From Basidiobolus meristosporus CBS 931.73 (Eukaryota > Fungi > Basidiobolomycota), in the NCBI GenBank assembly GCA_002104905.1, contig MCFE01000667.1, positions 1 through 48,350 on the forward strand: a DNA stretch of 48,350 nt, written 5' to 3'. Every line of letters starts with the position of its first letter. Position 1 is the first letter of the stretch. The position numbers and the translations under genes were made by a program. Shown here piece by piece: positions 23,610 to 36,735 of this stretch. The notes under the pieces are model-generated. The model had not been told where the DNA came from. It saw only the letters and a program-made list of their open reading frames with translations, and did no database searches.

Positions 23610-26584
23610 TTAAAAGGTTTCGAGCGCTTCTTCATGGCTGCTGGAGTCCGCTTCGCTCTCGGTAGCTGGAAGATTGTCAATCGCATCCTTTATCGTGTTG
23701 CTGTTTTTGCAGTCCATGTCAAGTGCTTTGGTGAATTCCATTAACGCCTCCGAGATGCTGCCCAGCTTCTTCAGGGTTTGGCCAACCAAGAATCGGATGC
23801 TAGTCTCATGGGGGTAGGTTTCCTTCAGCTGCCGTAAGAGAGGTAGCGCTTCCTATTGGAAACCGTTAGCAAGCCATCATTCAGGCTACTGACGGCACCC
23901 AGTTCCTTACCTCGAATCTTTCAAGTACTATCAAGGTCTTCGCGATCTTGAGCTTGGGGAGTGGACTCTCCGGATTGTACTTCTCAGCGGCTTGGTACCA
24001 GCGTATGGCCTCAGCAGGTTTGCCCGACTTCTCCAATACCTAGTACGCATCAAGTCTCATATCAGCCGTTTGTTGGCTCGTTTCAGGATTCTGGTAAGCA
24101 CTTACCGTGCCGACGCAGCAAAGCAACACGCTGTTGGTTGGATTGATTCCGACCGCTTTGGAGAAATAGTACTTTGCCGTAGTAAAGTCGTCGGTTTTGA
24201 GGGCGATGGTTCCCATGCCGTACCTGGATTGCGGTAGTTAATAAGCTAGCTTCATTCAATCGGAACCCCTACTCTCTCTTACCAAGCATTGTAATGATTA
24301 GGATCCAAGCGGAGTGCGTGTCTAAAGTGAGTCAAAGCATCTTCGTATTCTTCTATCGATACGTATTCGTGACCACACAGCGTATGCCCGTAGGCCATTC
24401 TGGGGTCTAATTGAATGGCACGTTTAAAGCATCGGATGGCAGACTGGTGTTCTTGTCTCAAACTGTAGCAATTCCCAACAGCAAACCAGGTCTGTGGACT
24501 ATCTCGATCTATATCCATTAGCTCATGGCCAAGGTGGCTAAGGTCCACTTCCTTTTGCAAATGCCATAGAGTAGCGGAGTATGTCTCCAGCCCATCCAAT
24601 CGATAGGGCTCAACAAGCCTCATCTGCTCGAATTTCTCTTCTGCCTACACACCAACATCATGAGTCAATTGCGCGCATGGATGCATCAACTAGACAATAG
24701 CTGCTTTACCTCTTTGTACTTCGCCAACTCAAAGTAGGCTTTTCCAACGCATGAAAGAACCCAGCCGGTATTGAATTGAGAGGTAGGGAGCTGAGAGTAC
24801 GCATCCAAGGCTTTCTCGCATTTATAGCTGCACAGATACACCAGTGATTGTCCGATCTTCCTCAACAAACCCAAGATTATTTCTGCTCCTTTTCGCTTGG
24901 CCAGAAGTTTCTGACTAGCACTTGACAGCTTACTACCATTCACCGGGTTCGCCACCACCTAAGCCATGAGGGATTAACAAACAAGTCGGAAATCCAATCC
25001 AATGCCACTCCTCAATTACCACTTCCACCCGAACTTTCTTGTCCGTTTCAGCCTTCTCGTGCTGCTTTTCCGCTTCCAGACGAGTTCTTTTGGCTCTTTG
25101 GTTCGCAAGGGTTGGCTGGATATTCTGCACGGTTGCGTTAGTGATTTTCAGTAGAGGTACGGTCGGTGGTTTTGGACTTACAGTCGATGTAGAATTGATC
25201 GCTGCTGGTATTCTCGAAGACATCCTACTCTTCGTGGCTGGCGCCGTAGAGTTCGTCATGGCTGCGGATTTTGTGATTCTTCTGGTTGGAACGCCAGTTT
25301 GTGCTATGCTGGTAGAACGGGTGGTTCTGGTGGGTGCGGGAGGCGCAATCCTGGTCGAGCCGGAAGCCATTCTATGAGATACAATGCCAGAGCCCTTTGC
25401 GTCCAATGAGCCTAAGATATCGCTATGTGCCAGTAATGTTAACTCTTACCTTTTTGGGTTGATTTGACTTGAGTTCTTCCTTCCCACAACTGGGTATAGT
25501 CCTTTGGAGGGTGGATTTCCGTAGGCTGGGCTCTGCGGGCTTGTTTGCCGTAGTGGATGTGGAGGACATCAGTTTGCTTTTTGATCGAGTAACCATGGAG
25601 CTGCGGGGAGATGAAAGTTAAATCCGTGCAACAACAACGTAAAGTCTACTCACTCGACCAACCTGTTGATCGTCGAAGACTTCGTGACCCTCCCGGCCAT
25701 CGGAGCCCTTGATGATGGGCGAGCATTGTTAACATCGGACTTCACTTGGTGCACATTTTCCAAGGGGATTTCAGCTGGAGTACAGCTGGTGGCCGTCTTC
25801 TCACCAGGAATCTCGTGACAATTGGCTAGCTGGTAACCACGGTTGAAATCAAACACAGAATCAACGTCGATATCAGCTCCTACAAGAAGGGTTAGCCTCT
25901 GTTGGAGAAATTTCGAGGAGCCGAGTCGTATCTACCATTTTTAATGCTGCACATGCTTTCAAAGGCAGCCCAGTTGTACGGGTTCAGCTCGAGAGACTTG
26001 GCAAAATATTGAGTGGCATCTTTCGGACGGTCCAATTTCCTGAACATGAAGGCTGAGTGGACTGATCGAGTTGGATGTGGAGGTGGTCAGTGATGGATGC
26101 CGATTACCTATACACCAGTCCGAGAGAATAATAAACCAGGCTTTTGTCCGGCAAACAGGAGCGACTTTGGAAATCGATACCATCTGATATTTACCATAGG
26201 TCGTTGAGTTGGAGGTGGCGTACACCTGGATTGGAAAACGTTCTAGCACTAACCTAACTTCGGTTCCTCGTACTTGTTTTTCTCCTCATTCAGTAATGGA
26301 AGCAGTACCTTTTCTGCCTCCTCTAGTTTGTTCAGTTGTATACAGCACCTGGCGAGTAGGAAATGACACGAGAAGGAGGCAGAGCTCCGCAAGATCTGGT
26401 AAGCACTAAGATACTTCTTCTCCCTAAACAGGCAATTGGCCAGAAGATACTGGGTTTCCTCATCTAAAGTGGCGTAAGCGTGCAGTCTTTCGGCGAAGAA
26501 TATGGCGTTCTCTGTGAGGTCGTGGTCTAGATTATACCATATTAATGACTTAAATTGGGAGATTGCAGCCGCGGATAAAGTCAT
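23610..26584 (-). CDS. CDC27: Anaphase-promoting complex subunit Cdc27/APC3/Nuc2 (TPR protein), multi-exon
   Basis: N-terminal ANAPC3 region (IWYNLDHDLTENAIFFAERL), disordered S/T/P-rich middle, then TPRs with YSQLPTSQFNTGWVL, GLETYSATLWHLQKE, SPQTWFAVGNCYSL, AIQLDPRMAYGHTLCGHEY and HYNAW. Stop TAA at 23610-23612. Confidence 0.95.
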
Positions 26585-28217
26585 CGCTACGAATCAGCTT
26601 GCGAGAATGACGAAGAGGGCGAACAAAACTTGAGGGAAGGGTAAAGGGCAAACGGAGCGATAAACCAGTCTGAAACCAAAAGACGGGCCAAAAATGGGGG
26701 ACTCTGCGGTTTGGTATTCAGAACGTTGGTGAGGCAAAGATGGTCAGGCCTTGTTCGCGATAAATGGGGATAGGTGAAGGGGCGGCTAATGGCATTTGTT
26801 TTTCATTTCAACGCTAGAGCGTCAGGAATAAACAGAAAATACGAGCGATCATTGGTCTGTTGGATTTCAAATAATATGGACGGATATACAAATGCCTGAG
26901 ATCTGCTTTTCATCAAAACAATTTGAAAATCCTCCTGGAACTGGTCCAATCGCCATGGTTGCCTCTGGTTAGATCACCCACACATCAAAAGCAAGTCACG
27001 CTCGCGGGAAAGTTTGTATAATTGAATGATTAGATTACGCGGGCAAACACCCAGCGATCTGGGCGAGCCGGAGGGTAGAAAGGATACGTAGTCGTGCAGT
27101 CAGGCTGGAATGCAGTTCATATACCAAGCATGCGCCAGTACACAGCATGGTGGGTTTCTCAGGGAGGGCCGCTAGAGGGCCGATGCCACTGGGTCAGACT
27201 TGTGAGCTATACATGCCTAAGCGATGCGAGATTGGATGCGGAAAATGGTGCTGTACGCTGCCTCGGAATGTCTCACCATTGTCGAGGCTCGCAACCGCTG
27301 GACAAGATATATGGCGCCTATTTGTTTAGGAATGCCGAATTGATGCTCCGGCAAGGCTACTCCCTGCCTCTAGTCTGATGTTCGAGTTCAGCAAGCGAGA
27401 AAAATCCACCAAGTGCGATGCATATTGCGCGAGGCCAATCCCCGTGTCTTTATAGAGCAACCATTTGTTGCATAGTGAAATTGGTTCAACACTTGCGGTG
27501 TCACCAAGTGCTCAGAAGTTCGCGATGTCTGTTCCTACAGGTAAGCATAGGGTTTCTGCAGATAGCCGCATTGCGGTTTCAGAATATTAATTCATAATGC
27601 CAAATCGACTATCTTCCCCATTGTGGAGCGGTGAATCTAATGTCTTGAATCATGCATGTCGAACTACGGCCACAATCACCGGTAGACAGAGTCCCTTTGG
27701 TAGCTCGCTGGCCGCCATGGAAGCCCCTGGGCATCTCATGAGCCTTCTCCGGCGGTGGGAGGCAGTGTGGATGCCATGGAGCCCCTGCCCACACAATCGG
27801 TCAGTCTAGCCTATCTCAGCTACCTCGACCCCCAGGCGCGTCTAGGGCATGCAGGCGTCTCCAAGTTACCCGCTTCATCCTGATAATTAAGCCATATTAA
27901 GAAACGCATCTGGCATCCACAGCTTCCCTGGCTCGTCTCCTACGGCCTGCTCAGCTCATGCCTGACGGGATCTAGCCAGCGTAGGAGAGGAGGCCGTGAT
28001 ACAGAAGCGAATCAACATAAGACTATAATGCTTTCGTATTATATACGACTTCTGACTTGATGATCCAAATTGAAACTATAGCGTAGGTCGTGTTTGCATA
28101 AATTGAGACCATTCTCTTGACAAATTTATTTGCAACCAGCGATATATAACCGTCCACTCGGCCACCCAGATTCTCCAACAATCGTGATTTCCTGCCCAGC
28201 CATTCTTCCCTAATAGT

Positions 28218-29256
28218 ATGTGGTCCAGTAACGCCATCAGCCTTCAGCTACAGAGCGACAATATTGTGTTGCTTGGTACATGTGAGTCCGCGAGTGGGCA
28301 AGTCCTACGCGGCGCAGTCACCTTGAACATCCATAGTCGGACCAAAATCTCGTCCATTTCCATGACGTTCCAGGGTGTAGCAAGCACCATGAGTGAGTAT
28401 CTCGATGTCCGACTAGCTCTGGAAATACAACTAACCCCCTTCAGATTCAAAGCAGGAGAACGACGTATTTTTCCAGAAAGAGTTCGAGTTTTTACGCGCC
28501 GTCGAGGAGACAAAAGAGTTTCTCCCTGGGCAGTACAAATACCACTTCGAGATTCCGCTGCCGGGGGATTTACCGGAATCTATCCACTCTTCGCTTTCGC
28601 ACATCCGATATACTGCCACCACCATCGCCAAGCGTGGTGGCCTCGCCAAGAATCTCAAAGACAAGAAGGAGGTCAACGTGCAGCGCCTCTCCAGAAATGC
28701 ATCGGCCAGTGAGCAGCAGTCGCTTGTTCGATTCGGCGAGCTTGAATCCGAATTGATGTTTTGCATATTTGCCTCCTCTACGTCGTACCATCCGGGTACA
28801 GACATCCCTATCAAGGTTGGCATCAAGTCTCTAAAGCCGAACTCCAGGATAAGCAAGGTGTATGCTTCGCTGCACGAGGTGATCAAATGCCCTACGCAGG
28901 ATGGGAAAATGAAGTGCAAGGCAACCAAGATCAGGGAGACAGTCAGCAATTGGAACACCGAGATACACGGAGGAATGTGGATCCAGCCCATGGTTCTGCT
29001 GGCTAACAAGAGATCCAAGAGGATCCATGCCAATCGCCACAACCACTACGTGTCGGTGCATCACGAGCTTACCGTCACTATCACCCTCCACCAGCCAGAA
29101 AACATCAGAAAACGGGTCATGATCCGTACCTCCCTCCGTTTTGTTGCCGCGGAAACCGTGGAGATTGCAAACTCACTGCCTTGCTACGAACAGTCCCTAG
29201 AGGATCCTCCTTGCTACGACAGTGTTACCGTCTATCCGCAGCAGTTTCTCCAGTAA
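28218..29256 (+). CDS. Alpha-arrestin (ART-like ubiquitin-ligase adaptor), 328 aa, 2 exons
   Basis: Exons 28218-28392 and 28445-29256 (intron gtgagt..ctaac..cag). Arrestin-N features include VLRGAVTLNI and GQYKYHFEIPLPGDLPES; the C-terminus has the PY motifs LPCY and PPCY. Confidence 0.88.
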
Positions 29257-29692
29257 TCTGGAGTGGACTGTATATATAATTCCACAACTCTATGTATCAT
29301 ATTCCCAATTTTGTTTCTTTTGGATGTAATGGGCGATCTTCTGGCCCAATCCCCTATCACGTGACATGGCCCCATTCCTCCTTGCGCATGATATCAAAAA
29401 CTAGCTGGTACTTACACACTTTATGCTTTTTAACTACATCTCCCTTGCATTCCCACCATAATGTTGTAAATAAACTATCAATGAAGCAAATCTGTATGCG
29501 AGACTGCTCTCCTCTCCAGCCTAGTGGTCCCTGCGCCTAAGGACTATACATAATCAATTTCCCACTTGATTTTACATGCGTGAGGGTCTCATGTCTGGTT
29601 ACCCCCTTGTTGTGTACAGTGGCCTCCAGAGCTCATGCAGGCCCCATACCTATCGCAGACTGATAGCATTGCAAATAATAGCTCCGTCCTCT

Positions 29693-30002
29693 CCCCATGA
29701 GAAATCTCAAGCCTGGAATTCATCTAATAATCTGCTGGGATTCCAGTGGTATATTGTTGGCATTCAGCTAGTGTTTTTCCTCCAAATTTTTAGTTGTACC
29801 TTATGGCAAGAGAAGTGAGTAGCAGATCACAAAATTTGGTATGAAGGCTAGGTGGCTCTGTCTCCTCCCAGAAAATATGTCCACTTGTCTGCCAAATAAC
29901 ATATACATGAGATATTGAGAGTGGTTATTCTTGAGAAACTTAGATTTCAGCTTTTATTGTGATGGCTTTCTGCTGGCCTTTTCTTGGTATTTACTCTTAG
30001 GG
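29693..30002. mobile_element. MITE family C, copy 1 (CCC...GGG termini, 3-bp TSD; CMC/CACTA-like)
   Basis: Starts CCCCATGAGAAAT, ends ACTCTTAGGG, flanked by TCT/TCT; internally colinear with 39510-39828 and 43680-43974. Confidence 0.8.
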
Positions 30003-30189
30003 TCTGTATGCTGGACCAGGGCTTTGTTATGAACTTGAGATTGTTGGGTATCAATTGTTTTGTGGTCATGTTCAGCTGTCAAATTGTGTCTTTAGCAAAA
30101 TTTGATATAGCCAGCTTAAGGAGTACAGGGTGGTAGGTGTTATAGTGGGGTACTGGACCAGGAATACCATGTGGCACAAGTTTGGAGTG

Positions 30190-30225
30190 GACTTGCTCCA
30201 TTGTGCTATTACTTATACTGCCTAA
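30190..30225. mobile_element. Truncated terminus of MITE family D
   Basis: gacttgctccattgtgctattacttatactgcctaa resembles the TIR of the element at 38304-38483. Confidence 0.55.
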
Positions 30226-30245
30226 TATTGATGATTAGTTATTTT

Positions 30246-31289
30246 TGTTGTAGTAATTTATAATTCTACCTAAACATTCACCTAACATAGTCACTTAGCT
30301 CATTACCTTCACATCTTTGAGTATACTGACCAAATTAGTTGTTAGGATTTACTTGGAATATCTTCACCAAAATATCAGGTACCCAGAACATGAAAGTTCT
30401 CAAAGTTGTCCAACCAGCCCCAAACCCTACACACATGTTCTTGGGATCTTCCTAAATCTATTTTACATGTTTAGTATGCCAAGACCATGTAAAAGTATAA
30501 ATACTACTTTTTCAATCAATAAATTTTTAAGCAAAAACCACATTATCTACTTGTTCTCCCAATCACTTCCAATATCTCCAAGACTCTTAAAACAGGTTAT
30601 GAGCTCCAAACTGTCACTCTCTACAATGTCTACTACTGCTATTACTGGAATTTTTCCTTCTGCTGAGAAGTTGGATGGATCTAACTACCAAGTGTGGAAT
30701 GTGAAGATGAAAATGCTACTACTAGAAAGAGGCCTTTGGGATATTGCCATGGGAGTTGAATGCCCTCCTAAAAATGTGGGAGAGGAGTCATAAAGTACCA
30801 GAAGAAAGAACAAAGTGCCATTGACTGCATTTGCCTTAATGTCAAAGACAAGTTGCTAATTCAATGCTCAAGAGCAAAAACAGCCAAGAATGCCTGGAAG
30901 GCATTAAAAGACACCTACCAGTCATGTTCAGCTGCTAAGAAAGTATATCTTAGTCACAAATTCTTTACTACAAAGATGCTGCCAAGAGAAGAAATGAAAA
31001 ATCTAATTAACAGAATTACCTTACTTGTGGATGAGATGGAATCTGTAGGCATACCAACTACTGATGAGGATGTGATAGTACCCATCCTGAATAGCCTGAC
31101 AGACAGGTTTTAGGGCCTTGTATCAGCCCTAGAGTCCAGAATTGAAGATTTGACCTTGAATTATATATATGGAAGGTTCCTGGATGATAATCAAGAAAAT
31201 CAAGCACCAACCAGAAGGAAGAAGAAAATGCTTTAATAAGCAATGTTAACCAACAAAGGAGATACCCAAGTCCTTTTAAAGGCAATAGC
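30246..31289 (+). mobile_element. Ty1/copia element A, 5' part: LTR (30246-30594), PBS (30595-30607), frameshifted gag from ATG 30626
   Basis: TGTTGTAG..AACA LTR with TATAAATA and AATAAA; PBS GGTTATGAGCTCC; gag N-terminal motif KLDGSNYQVWNVKMKMLLLERGLWD. Confidence 0.92.
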
Positions 31290-33676
31290 TGTTGTAAGAG
31301 TCTTAGAGATATTGGAAATGATCTGGGAGGACACCTAGATTATGTTGTTTTCACTTAATAATTTATTGAAGGTAAAAGTAGTTTGTATACTTTTAGATGG
31401 TCTTGGCATAACAAACATGTAGAATAGGTTAAAGAATGCTGTACACCCAAATATTCTTAGATGCTCTGCAATTGATCTATATCCATACCATGCTTCAAAT
31501 GGAGTAGCATCACAAAGTATTCTGTTATAACTCCTACTTTTAAGGTATACAGCTGTGGCAACTGATTCTGCCAAAAAATCATAGGATATTTTTTGATCAT
31601 GGATCATTGATCTTGCCATATCAATTATTTATCTGTTTGTACATTCTGCTACTTGTTTTTGCTGTGGGGAGTATGGTACAGTTGTCTTGTGCTTTATCCC
31701 ATGAGCTTTATAGAAGTGGCTGAAGAGTTTTGAGGTATATTCTCCACCATTGTCAGAGCATATTTTCTTGATTCTTTTCACCAGTTTCTCTCTTCACCAT
31801 GGCTTTGAACTCCCTCAACTTAGACAGAGCTTCTTCCTTTCTCTCCATAAAGTAAAATAATGTGTATCTTGTATAATTATCAATAAAAGTGATTAAATAC
31901 TTTATCCCATATAAGGATTATTTGCATAGGTCAACACAAATCTGAGTGAATTGGATCTAATTTTTTCTTAGTTTTAATTAACCCAGGGCTCTTGAACAGT
32001 TTCCTGGCTTTTTTTCCATATATGCAGGCTTTGCAATGCTCCAAATTAGCTGGGGGACCAATTATTACTCTGGAAATTAGCTGATCTTTGATCATTTTGC
32101 GCAAATAATCAAAATTGATGTGCCCAAATCTCCTGTGCCAAAGCATTGATGTATCCTCATTTAAGTTACTTATATTGGCTTCCAGATATGATGGAGTATA
32201 AGTCAGCTTGTAAAGATTTGGATCTCTGATACCTAAAGCAATATGGGCACCATTTTGATCAGTGATCTTGCATCCAGAATTGTCAAAGCTGAAACTGAGT
32301 CCTTCTGCTGTGGCCTTGCTTACAAATAGTAGATACTTGGCTATTTCTGGCACAGAGAGCACTTCTTTAAAGTTTGGTGCATGGCTTACTTTACTGCATC
32401 TGAGGTTTACTTGGATAGTTCCTTCTCCCACTAAATCAGGTGTTCTACTGTCACCCACAAAAACCTTCTTAATTGGGATTTCTTGATATTGGGTAAAAAG
32501 TTCTTGTTGGTTTGTAAAGTTTTAAGATGCTCCAGAGTCAATGTACCACATCAGAGAGAACTTGCTTGTAGTCATATCTAGTGCAGATTTGAATATCCTA
32601 TCTTCAGTTGTTGCAGTATTTCCATATTTAGGCTTCATTTGCTGATTATCTCTCTTTTTGGGACACCAGTCTGATGCGTGTCCTCTCCTTTTGCAGTAGT
32701 TGCAAATAGGTTGGTGTGGCCTTTGTAGGGTCTTGGGCACCTCCTTTGTTTGTTCTCATTTATTATTAAAGCATTTTCTTCTTCCTTCTTATTGGTGCTT
32801 GATTTTCTTATTTCCTCATCCAGGAGCCTTGCATATGTATAATTTAAGGTCAAATCTTCAGTTCTGGACTATAGGGCTGATACAAGGCCCTGAAAGCTCT
32901 CTGTCAGGCTATTCAGAATGGTTACTATAACATCCTCATCAGTAGTTGGTATACCCATGTATTCCATCTCATCCACCACCACAGTAATTCTGTTAATTAG
33001 ATTTTTCATTTCTTCTCCTGACAGCAACTTTGTATAAAGATTTTTTGCCTCAGGAACCATTTCTTAGCAGCTGAACATGACTGGTAGGTGTCTTTTAATG
33101 CCTTCCAAGCATTCTTTGCTGTTTTTGCTTGCAAGCATTGAATGCACTTTGTTCCTTCTTCTGGTACTTTAAGGCTTCCTCTTTCATGTTATCAGGAGAG
33201 CATTCAACTCCCACAACAATACTCCAAAGGCCTCTTTCTAGCAGCAGCATTTTTATCTTCACCTTCTACACTTGGTAGTTAAATCCATCCAACTTTTCAG
33301 CCAAGAGAGAGTTCCAGTAATAACAGTAGTAGAAATTGCAGAGAGTGACAACTTGAGGCTCATAGCCTGTCTTAAGAGTCTTGGAGATATTGGAAGTGAT
33401 TTGGGAGGACAAGTAGATTATGTGGTTTTCACTTGATGGTTTATTGAATGTTAAAGTAGTATTTACACTTTTACATGCTCTTGGCATAAAAAACATGTAG
33501 AATAGGTTAAAGAAGGTCCCAAGAACATGTATGCAAAGTTTGGGGCTGTCTGGACAACTTTGAAAATTTTCATGTTCTGGGTACCAATATTTTAGTAAAT
33601 ATATTCTATGTAAATCCCAACAAGGAATATAGTCAGTATTTTCTAGGATTTGAAGGTAATAATCTAGGTGACTAAG
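31290..33676 (-). mobile_element. Ty1/copia element B, same family, inserted antisense into A: 5' LTR, PBS, gag, protease, integrase, internal deletion, 3' LTR half
   Basis: LTR 33676-33368; PBS GGCTATGAGCCTC; Zn knuckle CNYCKRRGHASDWC; WYIDSGAS; LWHRRFGHINF; CKACIYGK; IHSDLC; HLRIFGCTAF joined directly to the LTR 3' half at 31440-31290. Multiple stops and frameshifts. Confidence 0.92.
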
Positions 33677-33968
33677 TGTTGTAAGAGTCTTGGAGATATT
33701 GGAAGTGATTGGGAGAACAAGTAGATTATGTGGTTTTCACTTAATGATTTATTGAATGTAAAAGTAGTATTTATACTTTTACCTGATCTTGGCATAACAA
33801 ACACGTAGAATAGGCCAAGGAAGGTCCCAAGAACATGTGTGCAAAGTTTGGGGCTGTTTGGACAACATTGAGAATTTTCATGTTCTGGGTACCTGGTATT
33901 TTGGTGAAAATATTCTAAGTAAATCCTGACAAGGAATTTGGTTAGTGTTATCTAGGATTTGAAGGTGA
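33677..33968 (-). mobile_element. Additional copia LTR (5'-truncated) in tandem with the 5' LTR of element B
   Basis: Begins tgttgtaagagtcttggag on the + strand (the LTR 3' end) and is colinear with the other LTRs for about 290 bp. Confidence 0.88.
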
Positions 33969-36735
33969 TGCAAAAGGAAAGGACACACATTGGACCAGTG
34001 CTTGAAAAAGCAAGATAGTCAGCAGAAAAGCCTGAATATGGAGATGCTGCAATAACTGAAGATAGACTGCTCATATCTGCACTGAATATGGCCACAAACA
34101 AGGATACTCAGATGTAGTATATTGACTCTGGAGCATCTCAACACTCTACACACCAAAAAGAACTTTTCACTAAATATCAAGAAATTCCAATTAAGAAGGT
34201 TTTTATGGGTGACAATAAAACACTTGACACAGTGGGAGAAGGAACTATATAGGGAAACTTCAGAGGCAGTGAACTAAGCCATACACTGAATTTTAAAGAA
34301 GTACTCCATGTACCAGAAATAGTCAAGAAAATCAGCCCCAACAGGAAGGAGGAAGAAAATACCTTAATAAGTAGTGATAACCAACAAATGAGGAATCTAA
34401 GATGCTTCAATGGCACTAGCAACATGTTTTGCAACTACCACAACAGGAAAGGACACATGTCAGATTGGTGCCTTGAAAAGAGAGATAGTGAGCAGAAAAC
34501 CTGAATATGGAAATGCTGCAACAACTTAAGATAGACTGTTAATATGAGCATCAAGTATGACCACAAGCAAGGATTCTTGGATATAGTATATTGGCTCTGG
34601 AGCATCTCAAAACTTTACATGCCAAAAAGAACTTTTCAACCAATATCAAGAAATCCAATTAAGAAGGTTTTCATGGGTGACAATAGAACACTTGCTGCAG
34701 TGTCAAAAGGACCTATCCAAGCAAACCTCATAAGCAGTGAAGGAAGCCGCATGCTTACCTCTAAAAAATCACTCTACGTACCAGATACAGCCAAGAACTT
34801 ACAGTCTGTAAGCAAAGCTACAGCATAGGACTCAGTTTCAGCTTCAACAAATCTGGATGCAGGATAACTGCTCAAGATGGGGCCCATATTTCCTTGGGTA
34901 TCACAGATCAGAGTCTATACAAGTTCACTTATATTCCATCATATCTGGAAGCCAGTATAAGTAACATAAATGAAGAAACACCAATGCATTTATACAAGAG
35001 ATTTGGACACATTAATTTTGATGATTTGAATAAAATGATCAAAGATTGGCTAATATTCAGAGTAAAAATCAACCCCCTAACTAGTTTGGAGCACTATGAA
35101 TCTTGCATGTATGGTAAACAAGCCTGACAACAGTTCAAGAGCCCTGGGTTAATCAAAACTAAGAAAAAGTTAGATCTAATTCACTCAGATCTGATTAAAC
35201 ATATGTAAAATGTGTCTTTAGGCAGAATGCAGTACTTAATCACTGATATTGATGATTATTCAGGATGTATGTGGGTCTACTTCATGGAGAGAGAGGAAGA
35301 AGCTATGTCTAAGCACAGTGGTTTTAAAGCTCAATACCTTAGATATAGGAGTTATAACAGAATGCCTGGTAATTCTACTTCATTTGACACATGGTATGGA
35401 CACAGACCAAGTGCAGAACTTCTGAGAATATTTGGGAATACATCACATGCTAAGAAACAGCCTGAAAATCAGTCAAAACTTGAGCCAAAAGTGTAAAATG
35501 CCCATTTTTGAGCTACTGCAAAGAGAGTAAAGCATACACACTCTATAATACCAAAGAATAGAAGCTGATCAGGTCCAGGGATGTACTATTTGATGAGTAT
35601 TCAAAATATTCACAAAAAATGACATCAGATGAAGAACAAAATTTAATTCCAAGTCCACCAATTGTCAGAATGGATTTAGAGCAAATGATGGAAATTTTCT
35701 CACTCCAAAGAACTCTACAACTATGGCTCAGTGTTAATCAGTGCATAGGAAAATCTTTGAAGTGATCATTCCTGTACCACAAACCATGTCATCTAACTGG
35801 ACCAGAAATGGCCCAAGTTACTATGTCACTGAGAATACAAACTTAGCCTATGCCTATTCAGTCCATATTGATGAGTACCGGACTGTAAAACTGACTGTAA
35901 ATAGCCCTCAGACAAAGTTTTGGAGATCTACAATGACTAAGAAGTATCAGGCCCTGATGGAAAATAATACTTGGGACTTGGTTAAATTGCCAGTCAACCA
36001 AAATTTAATTGGATGTACTTGGGTCTTCAAGACCAAATACAAGACTTATGGTACAACTGAAAGACTCAATGAAAGACTTGTGGCCAAAGGATACTCTCAG
36101 ATAAAAGAAAATGACCATACTGGGACTTTTGCACCAGCTGCTAAGTTTAATTCCATCAGATTAATATTGGCTATTGCAGCCAAATATAAGTCTTTTATAC
36201 ATCAAGTGGATGTAAAAGCTGCATTCATGAATGGAGAGCTTTACAAGGACATTTATATGGATCAACTTTATGGGTTTGCTGAACAAGATGACCCCTACAT
36301 GGTCTGCAAGCTGAAAATTTCTCTTAGAACTTAAACAATCACCCAGAGCCTAAAATTGCAAGATAGATTCCTATTTGGAATTTTGAGTTTCAAGTAATGC
36401 TGACTATAGTTTTTACTATAAGCCAGATAGAGAGAATCCAGTTGTAGCAGCTTTATATGTGGATGATCTTATTATAGGTACCAATAACCTAGAAACATTG
36501 GAAGTGACTAAATCCAGCCTATCTAAAGAATTCAAGGTGTCCAATCTGGGGGAACTCAATTACTACTTAGGTATAAAGTTCTCCATAGACAGAAGTACCC
36601 ACACTATCACCCAAAGCCAACTCATGTATATTCAGGATATACTAGAGAAATACCATATGGAAGACTGTAAACTGGCAGCTACTCCAATGGAGACAACCAT
36701 AACTTAGTCATTACTCAGCCGAATCAAGAGAGCTT

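Noticed and set aside
26600-28200. Short ORFs or a structured RNA between CDC27 and the arrestin
   Set aside because: No tRNA or snRNA signature and no protein motif; most simply a divergent promoter/UTR region.
28244-29091. Several 80-200-aa antisense or alternate-frame ORFs over the arrestin gene, and similar ones over wc-1, the deacetylase, CDC27 and gypsy
   Set aside because: Shadow ORFs of real coding sequence with no motifs of their own.
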